Shown here: positions 16,107-24,647 of the stretch, piece after piece
Layout of the letters: each line of letters starts with the position of its first letter
Position numbering within the stretch: position 1 is the first letter of the stretch
Assembly: GCA_964406665.1 (NCBI GenBank)
Contig: CAYOSQ010000004.1
Span: forward strand, 49,512 to 113,511
Source of the DNA: an uncultured Planctomycetia bacterium
GTDB taxonomy: Bacteria; Omnitrophota; Gorgyraeia; VGKH01; JBHPFN01
Length of the DNA stretch: 64,000 nucleotides
Direction: 5' to 3'
Notes under the pieces: generated by a model
What the model was told of the DNA's origin: nothing
The model's database searches: none
Seen by the model: only the letters and a program-made list of their open reading frames with translations
Position numbers and translations under genes: made by a program

Positions 16107-16451
16107 ATGAAGTTATTAGTTGTTTTAATCTGTGTGTTGTTGATTGGACTTGCTGTTGCATTTGCTCAAAATCCTGTTATTGAAACCAGAAAATACTTAA
16201 ATCAAGAAACAGAAAGAATACACGAGAAAGCGAAGGGAATAGCAGAAGAATTAAAAAAGCAGATGGTTCCAATAGTAATAAGCACACAAGAAATTTCAGC
16301 AGGCGAGGTAATACAAGCAGAAATGCTTGAAACAGTAATGATTCATAAAAAGATTGAAGGAAGTTTTACTGCTCCTGAACAGGTTATAGGAAAACGAGCC
16401 ATTGTAGATATTAAAAAAGTTGTGCCCATTGAAGCTAAAAATATAGAATAA
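16107..16451 (+). CDS. secreted hypothetical protein (the start is probably the internal ATG at 16107 rather than 16080)
   Basis: RBS AAGGAG lies upstream of MKLLVVLICVLLIGLAVAFA, a signal peptide. Confidence 0.45.
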   Translation: MKLLVVLICVLLIGLAVAFAQNPVIETRKYLNQETERIHEKAKGIAEELKKQMVPIVISTQEISAGEVIQAEMLETVMIHKKIEGSFTAPEQVIGKRAIVDIKKVVPIEAKNIE

Positions 16452-16456
16452 ATTTA

Positions 16457-16490
16457 GGGCGACAGGTGCAAACTTAAAAACCCATCGCCC
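16457..16490. terminator. hairpin between convergent genes; weak bidirectional terminator candidate
   Basis: GGGCGA...TCGCCC stem; the U-tract is weak. Confidence 0.3.
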
Positions 16491-16543
16491 CTTGTGTAGA
16501 TAGATGCCGCTACCCACACTCCTCTGGTTAGGAACCTGAGAAA

Positions 16544-17275
16544 TTAAAGTTCTTTATCTAACTCTGCTTGCACTTTCTTATCAAACTCCCTAGAAGACTT
16601 ATTAGGTGATGATGATATAACCTTCTTAGGGATTCTAATATCCTCTCTAACTGTTTTATACCTATCTACAACAGGTTGGTTTTGCCTTTCCCTACGAGCC
16701 TTTTCTTCTTTAACAGCTTCTTTCATTGTCATTTCTTTTAAGGCAGCCATATCCCATTTCTTCCGTAGCTGGTCATTGACTCTTTGTCTTCTAGCATGAA
16801 CATCTGGATGGTCACCTTTATGTAGCTTATATCCTGCCATCTTGGAATAAGATTCCATTGTCGGATGCTCATCGTGCTCTGCTTGCAATCTATCTATTTC
16901 TCTTTGATGTTCTATATCAGTTGTATCAGAATATGGTAATCCAGCCGCTGATTCAGCTTCAGCTTGTTCCTCTACTTTTTTTAAAGCAGTCTCAAGCCTA
17001 CCATTTCTACGAAGGTCTTCTCCAAGTTTACGACCAATCTCTCTTGATTGCTTATAACCCTCATAATACTTTATAAGTTTATCAGTTAATTTTTTAGGAG
17101 CAGTGCCTTCTCTAACAGCATTTACAAGACTTGGATTTTCCGCAAACTCTTTATTCAATTCATGTTCAAGCGTTGCTACCTTATCTACTATCTTCCTACT
17201 TTCTTCATTATGATTTTTTGCAAGAAGCAATATTGCTCTGGTATATTTTTGTTCTTTAGTCCAAGTCATTTGCAA
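16544..17275 (-). CDS. hypothetical coiled-coil protein (243 aa; possible TTG start, internal ATG at 17267-17269)
   Basis: Charged, heptad-like sequence. Element cargo. Confidence 0.45.
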   Translation of the reverse strand: MQMTWTKEQKYTRAILLLAKNHNEESRKIVDKVATLEHELNKEFAENPSLVNAVREGTAPKKLTDKLIKYYEGYKQSREIGRKLGEDLRRNGRLETALKKVEEQAEAESAAGLPYSDTTDIEHQREIDRLQAEHDEHPTMESYSKMAGYKLHKGDHPDVHARRQRVNDQLRKKWDMAALKEMTMKEAVKEEKARRERQNQPVVDRYKTVREDIRIPKKVISSSPNKSSREFDKKVQAELDKEL

Positions 17276-17398
17276 TCACCCCAGACATCTTTCGTAGGTT
17301 CTGTATGATTTACCTTTGACAACATTTCTGCTGCATTGCTTGCCCAGCTTCTGTTATTACTTCGCTTTGGTTTTTGTTTCTTACCTTTACCTTTGCCT

Positions 17399-17821
17399 TT
17401 ACTCATCTTCAATTCTCCTTTCTACTTCTTCATTAAACTTCTCCATGGATTTTGGTGTTTTTATTTTTTTATTGAACCTTATATCATCTTCAGTTTCTTG
17501 TCGCTGGATATTCTTTTTAGCATCATATGCTTCACGAGCATCTCTTTCTTTCTTTTCTTTCTCTACCGTATCCTTCAAGTGCTTCTCTTTAAGATGCTTC
17601 ATATCTTGCTTCTGTTGTTCTTCCCTTTCCGACTGTTGTCTTTTAAAATATTCATCAACATCATCACCCTGCATAGCCTTTAAGACTTCTGCACCATCTT
17701 CCATATCGTGGGTTTCTTTGAACTTATCCAATGCTTCTTTAACATCAACTTGTTTTTCTTCAGGAGTTGATTCAGGTGAGACCTCTTTTCCTTCATCTTC
17801 CATCTTAATTCCCTCCTTCAA
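17399..17821 (-). CDS. hypothetical highly charged (E/K/D-rich) protein, 140 aa
   Basis: Extreme charge bias; roughly half the residues are E, D or K. Confidence 0.4.
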   Translation of the reverse strand: MKEGIKMEDEGKEVSPESTPEEKQVDVKEALDKFKETHDMEDGAEVLKAMQGDDVDEYFKRQQSEREEQQKQDMKHLKEKHLKDTVEKEKKERDAREAYDAKKNIQRQETEDDIRFNKKIKTPKSMEKFNEEVERRIEDE

Positions 17822-17833
17822 GGTTTTGTTTCA

Positions 17834-18043
17834 TCACGAGAACTTGCTGCCTTTGTGATGATATGAGCATATATTTGTTCCGTCAAAAACTGCTACTCCA
17901 CATTTGCCTGCATATCCTGTCTCAAATTGACACCACTTATACGGTTTCATGTCATTCGTATACTGAATCTGAGCGAACTCATTTAGATCTTCTTGAAGAT
18001 TATCATCAATTCTCCCTTCTGTTCTCGTTGTTGTTGTTTTCAT
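17834..18043 (-). CDS. hypothetical small protein with a Cys/His cluster (possible zinc ribbon)
   Basis: CQFETGYAGKCGVAVFDGTNICSYHH. Confidence 0.35.
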   Translation of the reverse strand: MKTTTTRTEGRIDDNLQEDLNEFAQIQYTNDMKPYKWCQFETGYAGKCGVAVFDGTNICSYHHKGSKFS

Positions 18044-18148
18044 GCCATTCCTCCTTCCTTTGATGAGTAAACAATCGTTCGATTGTTATGTACTGTCTTT
18101 CCTCGCGTAAAAACCTCTCGAAATAGAGGGGGAGGATTGTTTATCCAT

Positions 18149-18535
18149 TTATTTACTGTAAGTCCTCTTTTCAAGAATGACTCTTTCGACCTTTTCGAGT
18201 CTTTGCTCGATATTCTCGATCTCTCTGCTTTTTAGAACATATTCAATAATGCACTTAGAAGCTGAGAGCCGGACTTCTGCCCTTGGAGCTTTAATCAGCT
18301 CAATCAATTCGTCAACTGCCTGCGAAGCTGCCGACTTAAGCGTATTCAAGGCGCTATTAACAACAACATCGCGCTTAGACCGCAATTCCGCCTTGAATGC
18401 GTCATTCTTCAGCCACTTATGGAGAGTAGCTCTTGAGACGCTTGATCGCCTTGATGCTTCTTCAATCGAAGGAGAGGCAATTATATGAGCAATCGCCAAC
18501 AACTGCCTTCTCTTGATTTTTCTCTCTTTTTCCAT
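18149..18535 (-). CDS. HTH DNA-binding protein, possibly a terminase small subunit-like protein
   Basis: N-terminal HTH (SRRSSVSRATLHKWLKN) followed by a helical C-terminus, an organisation reminiscent of TerS proteins of phage satellites. Confidence 0.35.
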   Translation of the reverse strand: MEKERKIKRRQLLAIAHIIASPSIEEASRRSSVSRATLHKWLKNDAFKAELRSKRDVVVNSALNTLKSAASQAVDELIELIKAPRAEVRLSASKCIIEYVLKSREIENIEQRLEKVERVILEKRTYSK

Positions 18536-18559
18536 GTCATCCTCCTCAAATTGTCGATT

Positions 18560-18988
18560 TTATATCAATTCTGTCTCAATACCGGCAACACTATCAATAA
18601 TCGCCTGCATGTATTTGTCAAAATCCTTATCCTTTTTTCTGATTGTCTTAGTATCAACAGGATCGCCGATATTATATTCTTTCACTTTGCCATCAACCAT
18701 AATGGGCCGTAAGCGCATAAAAACTCGAGGTTCGTAGTCTTTTCCGTATCTCATCCTTAAACGCCTTAAAACGCCTTCTTTGTCCTGATCATCGTAGAAA
18801 CCGAGTTCCGGTGGCGCGTCTTGCAACCTTATCGTGCTTTCAACCTTCTTCAACCGTTTTCCTACAGACACAAAATACCTCCTTTTGTTTAGCCAATAAT
18901 CATGTTGCGGAAATCGTACACTCTTTATATATATGTGTACGATTGTACGATAATGATACAACCAACATCCACAGAGAGAAGCATTCAA
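18560..18988 (-). CDS. hypothetical protein (142 aa)
   Basis: Element cargo. No motif recognised. Confidence 0.35.
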   Translation of the reverse strand: MNASLCGCWLYHYRTIVHIYIKSVRFPQHDYWLNKRRYFVSVGKRLKKVESTIRLQDAPPELGFYDDQDKEGVLRRLRMRYGKDYEPRVFMRLRPIMVDGKVKEYNIGDPVDTKTIRKKDKDFDKYMQAIIDSVAGIETELI

Positions 18989-19081
18989 CGAAATGCTTCT
19001 TCTCTGAGTAGGTTTTGTGAGGAATAGTACTAACTACCTCTTTTGTACGACCGTACGATGCCTTCATTTTACGAACAAATA

Positions 19082-20128
19082 TCATGCACCCTCCCCTTTT
19101 GGTACATTGTTCGTCTCATCATACAGTTCTTCTAAACTACCCTTTTTCATCAACAAATGCGTCTTTCCAGTCTTGTTTACTTCAAAAAGCGTACTGTTTC
19201 GTATCAATTCCCTCAAAGTTGTACCACTACAGAGCTTGGTTTCCTTGGCCTTCTTGATCAATTCCGGAACAGCGACCTGATCCTTATCAAACTCCTCAAA
19301 CAACATCATAAGTGTTTCCTCGGTAAACTTCTTCTCGTAGTCTGTAATAAACTCGAACCATAGCGCATCGGTGTCAATCTTAGCGATGAATGGCGCAAAA
19401 CGCGCGCTGTTGCGACTTTTCTGGCAAGATACGGTAACACTACTGCTTGCGCCCTCAAGCGTGATGTGGCAGTCTAACCACGCTTCCCACTTATAGCTAC
19501 CGGCAGCCATCTGACCACCAGACCTATAATCCTTCGTTGATTTCCTCCAATGATGAACCACAAGAATAGCTACACCGAACCGTTCTATTAAAGTATTAAG
19601 ATATGCTGTTAATTTGCTGACCTGCTCTTTCTCATTCTCATTACCGAACCACGCATTGCCTAAAGGATCGATAATCAGCACATCTACTGCTAAATCAGCT
19701 AACCACCCTTCAAGCTGTTGCCTATCGGCTTCTTCTAAGAGATCTGCCGAAGGTAGATACTTAACATAGAGGTTATCTGCCGTAATGTTGTCTTTTGCGC
19801 ACATCTTCTGGAATCTCTCCTTCAAAGCAGACTCTCCCATCTCAAGATCAAGATATAAGACCTTTGCCGGTGCAATATCAAACTTGTCCAGTAACCTGCT
19901 TTGACCGGTAGCCATTGCCAACGCGCAGTTCTGGACAAAGATACTCTTGCCGATATTCGCTTGTGCTGAGATCATTCCCTTGCCTTTCTTCGGCAGTATG
20001 CCTGAAGCATAATACTCAATAGGCGGTATATCTCTGCTCATCAATTCCGGCAGCGTCATAGGTGGAGATTCTTTTTTCTCTTGAACAATCTCTAAATCTT
20101 TCTTGATCATAGTATCTACGCCATTCAT
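19082..20128 (-). CDS. AAA_25/RepA-like RecA-fold helicase (P4-type replication helicase)
   Basis: Walker A AQANIGKS, Walker B VLIIDPLGN, and LVVHHWRKS. Confidence 0.65.
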   Translation of the reverse strand: MNGVDTMIKKDLEIVQEKKESPPMTLPELMSRDIPPIEYYASGILPKKGKGMISAQANIGKSIFVQNCALAMATGQSRLLDKFDIAPAKVLYLDLEMGESALKERFQKMCAKDNITADNLYVKYLPSADLLEEADRQQLEGWLADLAVDVLIIDPLGNAWFGNENEKEQVSKLTAYLNTLIERFGVAILVVHHWRKSTKDYRSGGQMAAGSYKWEAWLDCHITLEGASSSVTVSCQKSRNSARFAPFIAKIDTDALWFEFITDYEKKFTEETLMMLFEEFDKDQVAVPELIKKAKETKLCSGTTLRELIRNSTLFEVNKTGKTHLLMKKGSLEELYDETNNVPKGEGA

Positions 20129-20129
20129 A

Positions 20130-20684
20130 TCATCCTCCTGCCAGTTGTGCGACTGCGGTCTTGAAATCGCAATCTTTTAATAGTTGCATAAAACTGATGG
20201 CATCCCCATGAACACCGCAGCCAAAGCAATGAAACTTGTTGTTCTCATCTATCATAAACGAAGCAGTTTTCTCTCCATGGAACGGACAGAGCGCATATTG
20301 ACGCTTACCGTTCCGGCGTAGCTTCTCAAAGCTATATATACTTGTAATAGGCGTTTGCTTGGCAATCTCTTTACTGCGCTCAAGATCATATGTCTTTTGC
20401 TTATACTGCTTATTAGATAAGAGCAACTGCAGGCGCTTGAGTCTTTTAAGTTGCTTGCGTGCCTCGTTAAATCTGCAGTCTAAGATGTCTATTACCTCAA
20501 GCCAAAACCACTTGGAGAATGGATCTTTTATCACAGCGATCTTCTTAACAAATGGCTGGATTTCCTCGACATAGCTCTTTTCTTTGACAACTAACCATTC
20601 TTTGATCTTCATAGGAACAATCTCTTTTGCTTCCGGAAAGATCTTGAGTAGCTCAATATCTGTTGGATAATTAGCGTAGTACAT
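20130..20684 (-). CDS. CHC2 zinc-finger (DnaG-type zinc-binding) domain protein
   Basis: C-terminal CPFHGEKTASFMIDENNKFHCFGCGVHGDAISFMQL is the canonical primase zinc-finger. No TOPRIM domain is visible. Its stop is 1 nt from the helicase start. Confidence 0.65.
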   Translation of the reverse strand: MYYANYPTDIELLKIFPEAKEIVPMKIKEWLVVKEKSYVEEIQPFVKKIAVIKDPFSKWFWLEVIDILDCRFNEARKQLKRLKRLQLLLSNKQYKQKTYDLERSKEIAKQTPITSIYSFEKLRRNGKRQYALCPFHGEKTASFMIDENNKFHCFGCGVHGDAISFMQLLKDCDFKTAVAQLAGG

Positions 20685-20845
20685 TGAATCAACTCCTTTG
20701 GCAGTAAAATGGCAGTAAAGTATACCAGAACCTGCTCTTTTTAGCTTTTTCTACTGCAAGGAATTTTAACTACTTTGAAGAATCTATAGACGAGAGATAC
20801 AAACTGCGGTATAATTGTGAAGCGTGTTGAAAGCATGGAGTTATT

Positions 20846-20860
20846 CTCCCACCTTCGGCA
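20846..20860 (+). repeat. attR-like 15-bp direct repeat of the tRNA-Leu 3' end (CTCCCACCTTCGGCA)
   Basis: Identical to 11536-11550. It marks the distal boundary of the integrated element. Confidence 0.7.
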
Positions 20861-20884
20861 TATTTATCCTATCTGTTTCTTCGA

Positions 20885-20913
20885 TTGACAAACATCTATT
20901 ATTCCCATATAAT
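20885..20913 (+). promoter_or_regulatory. consensus sigma-70 promoter (TTGACA-17 nt-TATAAT) upstream of rpmA
   Basis: The exact consensus hexamers with a 17-nt spacer are seen in the sequence. Confidence 0.55.
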
Positions 20914-21019
20914 TAGTGCCTATGTTAAATATGCCCCCGCTTAGTTTTGCTTCTTAAAACGTAACAGCGTGGGTTAATTCGCCGGTACTAAATAACGGAC
21001 ACATTAAAGGAGGAAAATA

Positions 21020-21277
21020 ATGGCAAGACGCGGTGGAATGACTGATATTCATTACAAAGAAACAAAAGGTCTTAAAAAAAGCGGCGGTCAGCTAGTAAAA
21101 GCTGGAACAATACTTACCCGACAAGGTGAAAGATGGAAAGCAGGAATAAATGTCCGAGGAAAATCTACCTTATGTGCAGTCTGTGATGGTGAAGTATATT
21201 TTACTAAAAGACGCGGTACCTATAAGACCAAAAAAAGCTCAACTGTTATAAACGTAAAAGAAATAAAACTTACCTAG
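21020..21277 (+). CDS. rpmA: 50S ribosomal protein L27
   Basis: 85 aa with an L27-like sequence (...GGQLVKAGTILTRQGERWKAGINVRGKS...DGEVYF). Strong RBS GGAGG. Confidence 0.7.
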   Translation: MARRGGMTDIHYKETKGLKKSGGQLVKAGTILTRQGERWKAGINVRGKSTLCAVCDGEVYFTKRRGTYKTKKSSTVINVKEIKLT

Positions 21278-21286
21278 AAGTAATTT

Positions 21287-22606
21287 TTACCTTTCAGTTT
21301 CAATATTAATATAATCCTTAAATATCCTGCGGCCGGTTACTGCCTCTCTGACATAGGCCATTCTTTCAGAAACAAAAGGATGGGTTCTCCAGTAACTAAA
21401 CTGAGTAATCTTGCTGTGTTTCATTAATTTTTCTAATAAAGTAACAACACCTTCGGGATTGTAGCCGGCACGCTTACAATAAGTAACTGCAAGTTGATCT
21501 GCCAAGAACTCATCTTCTTTTGAATGCTCAAGGAATACACTGGTTATCGCAGCATTGACACCTCTGACAAAGTCAGGATTACCTGTGGAAATCATCATTA
21601 AATTCAAAAGACTATAACCTAACGCTGCCTGCAATTTCTTAATGCTATGACGGGCAACGATATGTCCAACTTCGTGGGCAATTACACCAGCAAGCTCATC
21701 ATCGTTTTCGATTACGTCAATTAACCCTTTAAATATATAAACGTATCCACCGGGTAAACTCACGGCGTTTATCTCTTCAGAATCTGATACTTTAAAATAA
21801 TAATCTATTGCCTGCCTATCACAAACAGAAACAATTTTCTGCCCGATATCTCTTACTTTATTCTGCAGCTCTACATCTTCCAATATTCCAAATTCTTCTT
21901 CAAATGCCTTAGAGACCGAACGGCCTAAACGCACTTCCCTGTCAGAACTATAAAAAAAGACGTCTTCTTTTCCTGTTGCTACGTTATACTCTGTTGCACA
22001 GCCGGAAACCATGCAAACGAAAAATAACATCAGTATACCAACACCAATCTTTTTTAACATTTTATAGAGCTTGGCCAACGGAACTCCTACAACGTTATAA
22101 AAACATCCCTCAATCCTTCGAATAAAAAGGCTGCCATAATTTTGAATATCGAAACTGCCGGCTTTATCTAGCGGAGATACTAGAGAAAAATACTTATTTA
22201 TCTCTTTATCAGTCAAAGAGTCCATATAAACCTTTGTTTTTTCATAATCAGTCAAAGTTCTCTTTTTGTCTAAGTCGATAACCGCGATTCCAGTATATAC
22301 CCATTGAGGTTTTTGGAAGAGATATTTCAAATCCTTCTTAGCATCTTTGATGTTTTTGGGCTTACCGATTATTTTATTTTTGCCAATCAAAACTACAGTA
22401 TCAAAACCGATTACGACACCTTTCTTAAATCTTTTTGCAGCTTCCTGAGCTTTTAAAAAAGCATTATCTTTAACTAATCCAGAAACAGAAGAAGTAATTT
22501 CACGTTTCTCTTTAACTTTACTTTTATAAACCTTAAACTTAAGACCGACTTCCCGTAATAATTTTACTCTCTGAGGAGATCTTGATGCAAGAATAATATT
22601 TATCAT
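21287..22606 (-). CDS. in-frame Maf-like (N-terminal ~182 aa) and M48-family zinc metallopeptidase lipoprotein (C-terminal) ORF
   Basis: The N-terminus MINIILASRSPQRVKLLREVGL is Maf-like. From Met183 there is a lipoprotein signal MLKKIGVGILMLFFVCMVSGC followed by HEVGHIVARH (HExxH). No stop codon separates the two parts. Confidence 0.6.
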   Translation of the reverse strand: MINIILASRSPQRVKLLREVGLKFKVYKSKVKEKREITSSVSGLVKDNAFLKAQEAAKRFKKGVVIGFDTVVLIGKNKIIGKPKNIKDAKKDLKYLFQKPQWVYTGIAVIDLDKKRTLTDYEKTKVYMDSLTDKEINKYFSLVSPLDKAGSFDIQNYGSLFIRRIEGCFYNVVGVPLAKLYKMLKKIGVGILMLFFVCMVSGCATEYNVATGKEDVFFYSSDREVRLGRSVSKAFEEEFGILEDVELQNKVRDIGQKIVSVCDRQAIDYYFKVSDSEEINAVSLPGGYVYIFKGLIDVIENDDELAGVIAHEVGHIVARHSIKKLQAALGYSLLNLMMISTGNPDFVRGVNAAITSVFLEHSKEDEFLADQLAVTYCKRAGYNPEGVVTLLEKLMKHSKITQFSYWRTHPFVSERMAYVREAVTGRRIFKDYINIETER

Positions 22607-23868
22607 CTATCAATACTCCCCTCTAAAGACTTAGCTGCAGACTCCCCGGCCAGAAAGCCGGTTGAAAATGCTGCCTGCATATTGTAGCCTCCAGTATTGG
22701 CATCAACATCAATAACCTCTCCACAAAAATATAGACCTTCAATTAATTTTGATTCCATTGTCCGGGGATTAATCTCTTTAGTAGAAACCCCACCCTTTGT
22801 GACTATTGCTTCTTCTATAGGTCGAGATTTTGTTATGGTTAGAGGTAAGGCCTTTAATAAGCTAGAAATCTTTTTGCGCTCTTTTGCTGTTATTTGACTT
22901 ACCTGCTTTCTCCTGTCAATTCCAGAAAGCTTAACAAAAACATCTACTAGCTTTCCTGGTAGCAATTCTTTTAAAACATTTTTATACGACTTAACTCCTA
23001 ATGCCTTGAAATCTCTAATAAGCCTACTATTTAACTTTTCAGCGGTTAATGCTGGTTTTAAATCTATGGTTAATTTTACTGGACTTTTACAATTACTAAG
23101 CAACTCCGCAACCTTCCCACTTAAAGTTAAAACCAGTGGTCCAGATAAACCAAAATGTGTAAAAAGCATCTCACCGATTTCTGAAACAATGGGTTTTTTC
23201 TCGGTCAAAAGCTTTATTTGCACATTTTTTAAACTTAATCCTGAAATATCTTTTACCCAACGCTCCTGTGTTTCTAAAGGAACTAATCCCGGTTGCAAAG
23301 GTATTATTTTATGACCTAAGCTCTCAGCTATTTTATAACCATCTCCGGTAGAACCTGTGTCAGGATAACTTAAACCCCCACAAGCCAAGATAGCTTTCTT
23401 GGCAGAAAAACTTTTTCCGTCCTCTAAAACAATTCTAAAAGAACCTTGTTTTTTTTCGATTACACTAACCCGAGAATTACATAGAATCTTAACTCCTTCT
23501 AGTCGAACCTCAAACTTTAAGGAGTTAAGTATGCTTGATGATCTATCGCTTTCAGGAAAAACGCGATTACCTCTTTCTGTTTTCAGTTTAACACCTTTAT
23601 TTTCAAAGAATGCAATTAAATCTTTATTTGATAGAGCACTAAATGCGCTTCTTAAAAACTCTCTAGTTTTGCCAAAATTTTCCAGGAAACCATCTGTATC
23701 TACGGCATTTGTTAAATTACATCTGCCCTTTCCGCTTATAAGTAGTTTTTTTCCAGGAGAATTTTTCTTCTCAAGGATAATAACTTTTTTAACTATTTGT
23801 GCAGCTCTTATAGCTGCCAAAAGGCCTGCGGGACCTCCTCCGACTATAATAATATCATATTTTTCCAT
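22603..23868 (-). CDS. NAD(P)/FAD-dependent oxidoreductase (HI0933/BaiN-like flavoprotein)
   Basis: N-terminal dinucleotide-binding motif DIIIVGGGPAGLLAA; 421 aa. Confidence 0.65.
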   Translation of the reverse strand: MEKYDIIIVGGGPAGLLAAIRAAQIVKKVIILEKKNSPGKKLLISGKGRCNLTNAVDTDGFLENFGKTREFLRSAFSALSNKDLIAFFENKGVKLKTERGNRVFPESDRSSSILNSLKFEVRLEGVKILCNSRVSVIEKKQGSFRIVLEDGKSFSAKKAILACGGLSYPDTGSTGDGYKIAESLGHKIIPLQPGLVPLETQERWVKDISGLSLKNVQIKLLTEKKPIVSEIGEMLFTHFGLSGPLVLTLSGKVAELLSNCKSPVKLTIDLKPALTAEKLNSRLIRDFKALGVKSYKNVLKELLPGKLVDVFVKLSGIDRRKQVSQITAKERKKISSLLKALPLTITKSRPIEEAIVTKGGVSTKEINPRTMESKLIEGLYFCGEVIDVDANTGGYNMQAAFSTGFLAGESAAKSLEGSIDR

Positions 23869-23893
23869 AAGAATAAATTTGAATGCCGAATGG

Positions 23894-24535
23894 CTAAATC
23901 AGGAAATCTGAAGCTTTGAAAATTGAAACAAGTGGACAACGCAGTTTTGTTAAGCGTTCTTCTGCTCCTTCTTGACGATCAACTAAAGCAATAGCCTTTT
24001 TAACTTTTATCCCTTTTCTTCGCAATACTTTTAAAGCATCGACTATTGAACCACCAGAAGTTGCAACATCATCAACGACTATAACTTTTGAGCCTTTTTT
24101 TAGAATTGGACCTTCAATTTGTTTCTTTCTACCGTGCTTTTTAGAAGCTTTTCGGATCAAAAAAGTATTCATTGGTTTTTTCTCTAAAAAGCTCAATGCA
24201 GCAATTGCACCTATTATCGGGTCTGCCCCAATAGTGGGTCCCCCGATTGCTTGAATCTTATCTTTTTTAATATTATCCAATATCAACTTGGCAGAAAGAT
24301 AGGCACCTTCTCCAGATAAAGTAATAAGGCGTCCGTCGATATAATAGCTACTCTCTTTACCTGAAGAAAGAATTATCTTTTTCTTAAAAAAAGCATTTTT
24401 CTTAAGCAAATAAAGCAGCCTGCTCTTATTTTTATCTGATTTATTTCGTCTCATTAGAGTAAAATTGTACTCTCTATTGGCTATTCTGTCAATTACTTTG
24501 ACACGTTCGGTCATTATATTGAATATCAAGGACAA
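23894..24535 (-). CDS. pyrE: orotate phosphoribosyltransferase
   Basis: PRTase motif VIVVDDVATSGGS and an OPRT-like N-terminal region (FKFG..ILSSGKESSYYID). The true start may be internal. Confidence 0.65.
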   Translation of the reverse strand: MSLIFNIMTERVKVIDRIANREYNFTLMRRNKSDKNKSRLLYLLKKNAFFKKKIILSSGKESSYYIDGRLITLSGEGAYLSAKLILDNIKKDKIQAIGGPTIGADPIIGAIAALSFLEKKPMNTFLIRKASKKHGRKKQIEGPILKKGSKVIVVDDVATSGGSIVDALKVLRRKGIKVKKAIALVDRQEGAEERLTKLRCPLVSIFKASDFLI

Positions 24536-24647
24536 TCAGTGTCAACCCTTAAGAAAAAAAATCTAGATAATCTCGTCGACACTTCGAGATTACCATTGCT
24601 CTATGAAGGGTTTGACAATTCACTACTAAAATGATAATATAACCTCA

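Noticed and set aside
16296-16517. 73-aa minus-strand ORF overlapping the 3' end of the 123-aa secreted protein gene
   Set aside because: It is an antisense shadow spanning the terminator hairpin, with no RBS.
17316-17858. Ser/Cys/Leu/Phe-rich plus-strand ORFs (17316..17858, 17336..17683) and 16858..17076, 17863..18063, 18177..18488, 18485..18737, 18811..19011, 19017..19280, 19157..19363
   Set aside because: They are antisense to the charged-protein and HTH genes of the element. Their low-complexity repeats mirror the E/K codon runs on the coding strand.
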